Translations under genes and position numbers: made by a program
Shown: positions 54,656 through 64,000 of the stretch, one piece after another
Layout of the letters: each line of letters opens with the position of its first letter
Position numbering within the stretch: position 1 is the stretch's first letter
Source of the DNA: Felis catus
Lineage: Eukaryota
Direction of reading: 5' to 3'
Assembly: GCF_018350175.1 (NCBI RefSeq)
Contig: NC_058368.1
Location: forward strand, 154,816,001 to 154,880,000
Length of the DNA stretch: 64,000 nucleotides
The notes under the pieces: model-generated
The model's input: the letters and a program-made list of their open reading frames with translations, nothing else
What the model was told of the DNA's origin: nothing
Databases searched by the model: none

Positions 54656-54972
54656 GGAAACACAGATTTTATTTTTAAGCGTCTGGCTACATTTGTGGGT
54701 CAGATATTTAGAAAGAGTGCATCAGCTTACCTGTCACCTTGCATTCCCATAAATATCAACCACAGGGGCGAATTTATCCTTTCTCATTGGTTAAGACATA
54801 GCCTTCTGAGACAGGAGCAACTAGAGAAGGAGAAATTAAACTAAATGAAAAATGAGTGAGAATATGATACAAAATAAATCCAAATAAAATCTTCATTACT
54901 TAGAAAACTTCAATCTGTAATTTTATAGTTATTTTAATATTCTCTAAAATTTTTAACTCAATTATGAGCTGC

Positions 54973-55050
54973 TGTGGGTTGACTAGTACCCACCCCCCAA
55001 ATTCATATCCATTCAGAGCCTCAGAATGTGACCTTCTTTGGAAAGGGGGC
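54973..55050 (+). mobile_element. MLT1 (MaLR) LTR 5' fragment
   Basis: tgtgggttga...ccccaaattcatatc...cctcagaatgtgaccttctttggaaagggg. Confidence 0.7.
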
Positions 55051-56149
55051 ATATATATACCTGGTTTTTCCCTACCCCCTTACATAACATTCTTCTTGCC
55101 TTTAAGCTCACGCAGAGAAATATTTTTATGAATTAAAAAAAAAATACTACTATGCAGTGTGTTCATACTCTGATAGTAATTCCACTTTAACTTTGGCCAA
55201 AGAAGTATATTAAATGTCAAGTGACCTTGCTATATGTAAGAGAGAAATCATAAAACTGTAATATTGACAACAATACTAATAAAATGCAAGTCACTTCTAG
55301 GGATCTCCCAATTTTGTAGGGGAAATCTCTTCAAAGTAGATTATCAAGGTAATATATCCAGAATATGTAAAACACAAGTTCCCAAATCTCAGGAGAATCA
55401 CCTGGCCCAATTCTCCAGTTTCTAGAAAATTCTGGTTTTTCATGTGTAATTAAGGGACATAGCAACCTTCTCGATATAACTTTGTCTTGTCAATTTTTCA
55501 TTGCACCTAGTGGGAAACAGAAAGGCCAGAGTTGTCCTATTAATGCCGCTGCTGCAGTGTGGATTCTAGCTGCTCAGCATGGCATAACCCCCTGAATGAT
55601 GACAAAGCTGACGAAGCCTGCCGTCCAGTTTCCTTCCAAATCCATTTTCTGTCACAACCCTTATCAAATAAAGCTCACACTTCAGTTATGAGTATGTGTC
55701 TGTGTTAGGTATGTCGCCCACATGTCTTTCACTTTGTAATCACTCGGATTAACTCTTGGATTTTGCTCTCATGTGAGTAATTGAGAACTCCTAATACCAG
55801 AACTTGCCAACTACAATCACCATTCCTGGACTTGATTTTGAGGTATTGGGAAAATTCTTTCAAGGACTCAGAATCTACAGCCTATATTTGTGGTTTTTGT
55901 CAAGACAGTCTAAATGCAATCCCCTAGAGTTTAATTGGGGTTCTAAACAAACCTACAGATATTCTGGAAGATAAATTACTTGTGTGTTCCCGATTCTTCT
56001 GAGAACATGTACGTCATATGCTCTATCTTTTACTGTGTTCTGTGGCGATTTGTTCTAATCTAAATACTAATTTTTCCCCTTTAGGTTACTTGTTTCAAAC
56101 ACAATACAGATTTTGATTGCAAATTCTCCATCTCTATTGACAATGTCCT

Positions 56150-56590
56150 ATTTGACATTTTCTCTTTCCCAGGTTCCTATCACCCCATCCGTAGTCTCCT
56201 GATCTCTTCCCACTTCTTTGATTACTCTTGATTCTTTCTCTGCATTTCCTTTTTTTTCCCTTTTCTCTAAGATTAGGTTTCCTCTCATAGATCTCTCTAG
56301 GCTATTTTCTCCCTTTTATAGTTTTTACAGTGACTTTGGGGACACCTCAATGCAGATGACTCTCAAATCTATACAACAGTCAAAATCTCAACTGTTCTTC
56401 CTCATAAATCTTTTCTACTTGTGCTTCATATTTTTCCAAAGTATATATTTCAACAAGCCTCAAAACATCATACATCTCTTTACCACTGCTCATTCCCTTC
56501 CCTATAGTTTTCACATTGTGTAACGTATCCTCCAAATACTTTTTGAAAGCATTCTTTTCTCCTCATTTTTACCGCTAAGGTCATATTGCC
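56150..56590 (+). mobile_element. Degenerate L2 fragment
   Basis: atgcagatgactctcaaatctatac is the typical L2 YADD-region relic. Confidence 0.5.
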
Positions 56591-56689
56591 AGCAGTGTAC
56601 AATATGTCATTCACCCCCTCCGAAAAATGTGTGTATCTATAGATAGATATAAATATAGATACAGATATAGTTAGATAGATGCAAGACAA

Positions 56690-57694
56690 AATACATAAAT
56701 TTAATATAAATGTTATTAATATAAAAGGTATGTAGCACACAATTTAAAAATTATAGTAAAATCTATATTATTTGCTGTAAATTTCACAGATCCAATTCAT
56801 TCTCACACGATGCATTTGTTGATCTTCACCAAACTCTCATACCGACAGTCAATCAACCCATGGTTGCAATTGACGAACACATGAAGTTCTGATGTAAAGA
56901 TCCTAAAAAAAATAAAGGCGCAAGTTGAAACTTTACTCATTCAGTAATCACATGGGCACCTTTGGATAATTCTATTTTATTGGAAAAAATATTCCACGGG
57001 GGTGCCTGGGTTGTTTAGGTGTCTGACTCTTGATTTTGGCTCAGGTCATGATCTCATGGTTCATGGAATGAGGCCCTCCATTGGGTTCTGCACTGACAGT
57101 GCGGAGCCTACTTGGGATTCTCTCTCTCTCCCTCTCTCTCTGCCCCTCACCCACTTGTGCTTTCTCTCTCTCAAAATAAATAAATCTTTAAAAAAAAGAA
57201 AAAAATGTTCTATGAATTTTTGTGGTATTCACAATGGAACTACTATAGACATAATTTTAAGTTTAATCTGCATTATTATAATCGTCTTCATTACTTTCTT
57301 AAATCTAGACAATAAACACGCCAAACACTCAAGTCATGATTGCAGCATTTGCCAATCACTGTAGTGTAAATGCTCTGTCATGACTAATTTCAAGCTACTA
57401 CCGTAATGTCACTAAAATTGAGTTGGGAAGAGATATGCAATAGTACATAATTTTATCTCATGTGCACAATGTAGATATGTGTAAACCTCAAATGCATAGA
57501 TAATAGTAAACTAAGTATGAACTGAATAATTTTGAGTATTTAGTACTTTACTTTTAATACAAATTATTTTAATTGTAAGTTTACATAATTTAACCTTTAA
57601 TATAATGATTGTATATAAAAACTGCCTCACAAAATTCCTGAAAACAGCAACTGGCTCTCACTAGCAGGTACAAGCTGGCTCCAGAATAGCACTA
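56690..57694 (-). mobile_element. MER63-like hAT-Blackjack non-autonomous DNA transposon (interrupted by a SINE)
   Basis: atttcaagctact...gagttgggaagagat...aaaattcctgaaaa...tacaagctggctccagaatagcacta matches the reverse complement of the MER63 terminus as recalled. Confidence 0.65.
56998..57200 (+). mobile_element. CanSINE nested in the MER63-like element
   Basis: gggggtgcctggg head; degenerate TSD aaaaaatattcca / aaaaaatgttcta. Confidence 0.93.
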
Positions 57695-58278
57695 CTTATG
57701 GTTCATCTAGCCTATGCAATGATTTCCTAACTAGTTTTCTTTTCCTTCTATGAAGTCTTCTCACATATAGTTTTCAGACGACGTGTAGCTATAGATGCAT
57801 GATTCCTATTCAAACACTCAGAGTATTTCCCATTCTTAAGAGAATAAATCCTGAACTTTAGACTGACATCGGGAATCTAGATCCAGACCTTGCAAATATC
57901 CCTCACCACTCAACTTCCTGTTCTAATTCACTCTACCCACACTAAATTCTCACTGTGTCCAAGATTCTTTTTATATTTTTCAGCCGTACTTTTTGCCTGC
58001 AATTGTTTTCTCTCCATCTTTGCATGTGCAAATCCTATACGTACCACAAGATCAATTAAAACTTCAGATTCTGTGTGCATTTTCCCCTCTTTCTATCTGG
58101 AAATAACTTATCCCTTTGTCCTCTCATTACAACACTCATTTTTCTACCTTGTATTCCCCTTTACTGCATTTTTTATGTGTAAGGGAGTGTTTTCATTACT
58201 GGGAATATTAAAGGAAATACAGTCTCTCTGTTTTAATGAAACTCAGTTTACAAAGGAAGATAGAAAATCCACAATTAA

Positions 58279-58495
58279 GGGTGCCTGGGTGGCTCAGTCA
58301 GTTAAGCGTCCGACTTCAGCTCAGGTCACGATCTTGCGGTCAGCGAGTTCGAGCCCCGCGTCAGGCTCTGGGCTGATGGCTCAGAGTCTGGAGCCTGTTT
58401 CCGATTCTGTGTCTCCCTCTCTCTCTGCCCCTCCCCCGTTCATGCTCTGTCTGTGTCTCAAAAATAAATAAACGTTAAAAAAATTAAAAAAAAAA
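58279..58495 (+). mobile_element. CanSINE, young SINEC_Fc subfamily
   Basis: Diagnostic ctctgggctgatggctcagag and cccccgttcatgctctgt; many intact CpGs; TSD agaaaatccacaatta / agaaaacccacaatta. Confidence 0.95.
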
Positions 58496-58719
58496 AGAAA
58501 ACCCACAATTACAATAGATGATGTGTGCTGCTGTGGTAAAGGAATGTACCTTAGGCTAAGAGCCAAGCAGAAAAAAGGGAAAAAGATTGTAAGAGGCTCA
58601 ACAAATTTTGTCTGTCTCATGTCCTGAAGGAATACAGTATATTTGATGCACAGATGTGGAAGGAATAAAGAGTACATGGAGGTAAGAGGCAAGAAGTGAA
58701 ATAGGAAAGCTAGGCATAA

Positions 58720-59040
58720 ACCTTCTATGACAACAAGCTTGAACTTCATTCTGTAGGAAATTGAGAAGTTTCAAATGATTTTAAGTAACTACCACTTTGA
58801 CAGCAGTATGGAGGATGGATTGAAATGATGAAAGATGGGGAAGGGAAGACCAGACAGAAGTCTTTTGAAGAAATTTGGGAGAGAAACATGAAAGCACTGA
58901 ATTCAGATAGTGACAGAGAAGTGGGAACTTAGTTTAAAATATGATTATTTAATGACTGGATGTTTGAGTGAGAAGGAAGAGTCAAATGACCTCCCGGTTT
59001 ATGTCTTTGTTCAATGGATAGGCAGGGATCTCTTTTATTT
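58720..59040 (-). mobile_element. L2 fragment
   Basis: ttcattctgtaggaaattgagaag...cagcagtatggaggatggattg...gagaaggaagagtcaaatgacctcc. Confidence 0.6.
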
Positions 59041-59046
59041 AAAAGG

Positions 59047-60731
59047 TAGGATAATCATATAATTGATCATCCACACCAGGATAGATTTAAGAGCTGAAGA
59101 GGATGCTGAAAATAATGGAAGTTGTAGAATTTTAAAATTATTTTGCTTTGGCCAACTAACTGTTCTTGTTTTATTGGTGGTACTATGTAGTAGATCTACT
59201 CAAAAAAAATAAATTTCCGAAATAAATGATTTCTAAAACAATAACACTTCTATTTTGATGCGTAGAATACATCAGTTTGTTTGGAAATAGGTATGAGCTA
59301 TATGTGTGCCACGACCAAATCTGCATATATATCTGCTTCATAACTTTCTTAGTTTGTTAAAAACATTGTTTTTAGTATGGTTCCACACTACTCCAAAATT
59401 TCTTATGATCAATGTAAGAAAAAACAATTTTATCCTCAGTGTTGAACTTTGTAAAGAATTTACAATTCCATTTCCAGGAATGTCATGCATTTCATCTATG
59501 ACAAAATACACTTTCAAAAGTTTTACTTGGATTCTGTAAATTAGATGGGAAAAAAATTAAACCACTTTTGGAATTAATTTTCTACTTGAAATATCTGATG
59601 ACATTGATGTAACATTGACATCATCTAACACTTCATAGAGTTTCTTTTTTCCTACTAATGGGTCAAAAATAAAAGCAATAACCTCAGTTTTTGTATGTAA
59701 AAGAAATCTTGGAATCAAAATAAGTGAAATTAACTGAGATGAGCTGTCATCTGATCTAAATGAAAACTCATGTCTCAAAGAGTGATATATAAACACACTG
59801 ACTATATACGCGTGTTAAATAGTTTACTTTGGACTCAGCCTCCAAAAGACATTTCTTTTGTAGTATATATTGATGGTGCTTAGCAAATTGTCACCTTCTA
59901 TTTACACGTACAGCTATGTCCCCTGAGGATAGGGGATAGTAAATGTCACCTAACCTCTTGTGCAGGTTATATAGTCAATGTCAAAATATATTTGAGGTAT
60001 GGTAAACCAATATTTAATTGTTCAATAAGCATGCACTTTTCTTTTTTCAGTTTATTTTTTTGCTTAAAAGGAAATATATTAGGAAACATAAAGGTATTAC
60101 CAAAAATAAAACTATTGAATAGAGATTTGCACCATATAATAAATACCAAAATCATTCTAGCAAGACTGTTTAAATTATTCTTTGTGTTTCCCATGGCAGG
60201 CTATGCTCAACCTTTACTAACTGCTTATGTTTCATGTATACACAACCTGTCATTTCTCATTTTCTCATCGAATTCACTGATTGACAACTCTGTGCATCTC
60301 ACAGACCACTCTATGGACCCTGGCACAACTGGTTAGTATACCAAGTACCATCATGGGCATCAGAGGAGAATACCCCTCCCGTTACCCCATGGGTACCACG
60401 TGGAGTTAGCTTCTTTGGATGAAATGAGAGCTTAGACACACTGTGCCTGGACAAAACTAGGAATAGTGATAGAATATAAATTCTGTTCACCTTACATATG
60501 ACTCACACATTACTGGATGAGAACATGACAGAAGCTAGTGGAGTTCTACTAAGTTCATGTAAGACTAGTTTAATTCAACTGTTAATAATATGAATATCAA
60601 ATATAATTATTACAATATATAATAATATAAAAAATAAAACAATGGAAACAAATGTAAAACAAGACAGGATGCTGGGTGAAGAGGAAAAAATTGTAACTGT
60701 TCCAGGAAAACTGGGATATAGAGTCACCCTA
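59047..60731 (-). mobile_element. hAT-Blackjack DNA transposon relic with both termini and transposase remnants
   Basis: MER94/MER81-type ends taggataatcatataattgatcatcc (59047) and ctgggatatagagtcacccta (60731). Minus-strand peptides FIYHSLRHEFSFRSDDSSSQLI...SSDISSRKLIP (59557-59796) and GRGTHIAH (59293-59316, decayed CxxH motif). Confidence 0.75.
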
Positions 60732-60989
60732 ATACTAAGCCTTCCTCCAATAGCCAAATAAACTGATTTGAATTCCCAAATTACATCTTGTTTTCAGACT
60801 ATGTGTGGGCAAACATTTTATTAATGTGTGATATTGCTGGCAGCTTTCGGATTTTAATTTTCTATTCCAAATTCCAAGATGTCCTTTTTGTATCCATGTT
60901 TTTGACTCTAATGATGCTAATTTGCCAATATTCACCATAGCCTTTACTGTGTATTTGAAAAAAAAAAAAAAACATCCACCTTTACATGT

Positions 60990-61240
60990 TAAAGAATACT
61001 GGAAGAGGTACAGATTTTGGAGGGAAGACGATTTCAGTTTTGAGCATACCAAAGTGAAGTGTCTGAGAGACAACCATGGAAAATTAAGTAAGAAGACAGA
61101 TATATGGATCTGGAGCTCAGGAAAGAGCTGTATGCTAAAAATATAGATTTTGGAATCAAACTTATAGGAGGTTATTTGAAAACACAGGTGTAAGTAGCCT
61201 GTTTCCAGGGAGACTGAATGGAGATGGCTCAATGTAGAAC
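60990..61240 (-). mobile_element. L2 fragment (probable continuation of 58720-59040)
   Basis: gatttcagttttgagcatacc...gatatatggatctggagctcaggaaagag...atagattttggaatca. Confidence 0.65.
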
Positions 61241-62106
61241 ACTGAGAAACAATATACATTTATATACATATTGAAGGGCCCTATTACTGCAGGATCCAGT
61301 TTTGGCTTCGTTAGTTACCAATTCTGCAATAAAAATCACTCAGAACTGTTCTCTTTAGGTGCGCCCCCTGAACATGTTTTACCACATTATTTCAGTCCTG
61401 GTCATGAGGACAAAGCCACTTCTTGGGACGAAGCATCTATTTTGATCCAGTTAGAATCACATACAGTTAATAAGTGTAATTGGATTGTAATATCTACATT
61501 CCAGGATGGTGGACCCTCAACATTCTCTGTCAAGTGAGCGGAGAGAACACAAGTGCAAAGGCAAAGACATAACACATGGAAATTGACCATTTTCTGGGTT
61601 TCCTGCTACAGTATCTTCTACTTTTTTAATTGGTCTTCAATCAAGTATCTTCTACAATTGTTAATCAAGCACTATTAGTCATGTGCCAGGTACTGAGATG
61701 GCAGTCATGGCCCCAGGAATAAAGGAATACGTTCCATGGCCTCCTGAAGCATCTTTCCCTGAGGTTTGGTATCCTCGGTGGCTTAGAATGCCATATCTCC
61801 TTATAATAAATCTCCTCTGGATTCAATGTTAACTTTAGCTGGTTTCTATCAACAGAAACCCATAAGCGTTTATATGGCTAATATTTGTTTCGTCATCAGA
61901 ACAAATCATGGTATCTTATACTACATCTCTCATTGATCCTCAATAAATGTGCAATTAGTTACTGAATTAATTAATTAATTGCTATCTATTTTTAAGAACT
62001 CCCTAATGCCACCATAACTCTAGTGTTAGCTTCTAGGAGGAAGGAGCAAGGCATCCTTTGACAAAAATATTGCTTCCCCCAGCATCCTATCAGGTGTCTG
62101 GCCTCC

Positions 62107-62310
62107 TTTTTTATTTTTTTCTTTTTTGAGAGAGAGTGCGCTCACATGGCGTGGAGGGGCAGAGGGAGAAAGAGAATCCCAGGCAGGCTCCATGCTTTCA
62201 AGTGCTGTCAGCACAGGGCCTGACTCAGGGATTCATCTCATAAATGTGAGATCATGACCTGAGCCAAAATCGAGTCAGACGCTCAACCAACTGAGCCACC
62301 CAAGCACTCC
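62107..62310 (-). mobile_element. CanSINE
   Basis: T-tail...gagaatcccaggcaggctcc...gagatcatgacctgagcc...ctgagccacccaagcactcc. Confidence 0.92.
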
Positions 62311-63533
62311 AGCCTACTTCTAATCAGAGCCTTCTAGCTTGTTTACTTTAGGAAGAACTAAATCCTTTAAGCCAAGAAATCCTGAAAAACAGATTGACAT
62401 CAAACTTGTTTGCAAGTTCCAAAGTAGGCATTTCAAGTGGGTGGCTCTGCTTTTCCTATGGGAAAGTCATATTCTGTTTCTTACTATATTAATTTATTGC
62501 TAACTATCTTTGAGGATAGCTTTGTACGACAGTCCCAATCCTGTGCTTTGATTTGAGATTTACCCTGGACTCCACACAACATGAGAAGCTGCTTCGTATC
62601 TGTGCATTCAGGTGTCAAAATGTAAATTGAAGATAGCTATTATCTCTTCTCTGCAGAATCTGTAGTGTAATACTTTGTTCTTCGAACATAATCACATCAC
62701 TGATTAATCATTTGTAGATTATACTCTTTGAATCCAATTCCAGTGGAATTGAATCAAGACTGAATTCTACATTCCATCTGGCAATGGGAAGGTAATTGAA
62801 TCCCCGAAATTTTCAATGCTGCCTTCTAGGTTCCCAACCTTCTGCTCATTTCCTCTTTCCCCATCTCAATGGGAAGTCCATCCACATTGCAGAAGCACTG
62901 AGTTTTCTAAGTTTCTTTCTACTATCTTTCCCACCACATACACTCATCAAAAAGGAAGAGATCTAATATCTGCCATTTATAGATGTTAACTGATTGATTG
63001 ATGACACTTGAGTGTGAATGCGTTTCTGTAAATGCCTAACCATAGTCAGCCTTGTGTATTTTAAGCCTTTTGTCGCTAATTATGGAATGAGAGACTGTAT
63101 TCCCATTAAAGCAATTTCAGGCATTTGCAAGAAGAAAGGCTAGGATGCTTCTGCAAGGTAGGGCCTACACTAAAGGTAAATCTGCTTGACTCCCTTTAAG
63201 ATAATTGTACATGCATTCAAAAAGGACCTGAGGCCCACCTTGAAATGGTCTCTTAATCACTTAACAAGAATGGCTGTAAGATGTTTGTTCCTGGGTGACT
63301 GGTAGCAACTGTCTTCTGACGTCTCTACAAGCCTGCAGCCATCCTGCCCAGGACAAGTGTGTATGTTGGCATTTCTTCTATAGGAGCTTCGCTTGATTCC
63401 AAATCAGGTAAGACAATGAGGCTAGAAGGTAAGCCTACTAGAGCACAACAGGTAATCAGAAAAAAGGAGCCAGAGGTAGCCTATGATGTGAGTTAAGGCC
63501 AGCAGTCAGCCCCATGATCGTACCCAAAACAAT

Positions 63534-63735
63534 CTTCCAATTATAAAATAAATAAGGCCCAGGGATTAAAAGTACAGCACAGGGAATGTAGTGAATAATA
63601 TTGTAATAACATTGTATGGTAACAGATGGTGACACTTATCATGGTGAGCACTGAGCAATTGTCAAATTGCTATATTGTATACCTAAAACTAATGTAACAC
63701 TGTATGTCAACCATACTTTAATAATACATTTTTAA
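63534..63735 (+). mobile_element. 5'-truncated L1 3' end (same family as the 29.4-34.6 kb L1)
   Basis: cttccaattataaa...aaaagtacagcacagggaatgtagt...atggtgagcactgag...cctaaaactaatgtaacactgtatgtcaa parallels 34371-34570. Confidence 0.85.
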
Positions 63736-64000
63736 AAGGATGCTGAGTGGAGATTTCAACTCTCTGGATTCATAAGATGCTCAAGAAGCTTGGAGCAAAC
63801 ATCAGGCAGAAATCCAAGTCATCAGCAGAAGGAAGTGAAGGTATTATCTTAAAGATCAGAGTGCCAGGCAAAACTGTGGTCTTTGGGAAGAACAGGACAA
63901 ATGAAACTGCTGGTTTGGGAACCAAGACTAGATGAATCACCAAGATTCTAGTTCCAAGAAATAGTTATTACCCTTGGACTAACAAGAAAAGTTCCCCCAC

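Noticed and set aside
57890..58471. Longest ORF in the track (193 aa)
   Set aside because: TTG start, low-complexity hydrophobic sequence running into a CanSINE (GAWVAQSVKRPTSAQ is SINE translation).
60735..61259. 174-aa minus-strand ORF
   Set aside because: Overlaps an L2 relic and a poly(A) run; no recognisable domain.

Overview
AT-rich mammalian DNA from a carnivore, most likely a felid: it carries 15 tRNA-derived CanSINEs, most of the SINEC_Fc type. It looks intronic/intergenic, and no complete protein-coding gene can be supported; the supplied ORFs are repeat-derived or chance. Main contents: (1) a TSD-flanked, internally deleted L1 (29358-34573) carrying three nested SINEs and a ~430-bp GC-rich insert that I recognise as the 3' end of CAMSAP3 (CKK domain, frameshifted, no poly(A), unusual templated junctions); (2) a hAT-Blackjack transposon relic with both termini and readable transposase motifs, next to a MER63-like element; (3) MLT2/ERVL LTR and integrase relics, plus MIR, L2 and old L1 fragments and microsatellites; (4) two nearly repeat-free, CpG-retaining stretches (~17.3-22.2 kb and ~44.3-54.1 kb) with splice/poly(A) signals suggesting exons of an unidentified minus-strand transcript. 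Family and gene assignments come from remembered consensus sequences, not database searches. I found no convincing novel multi-gene system.
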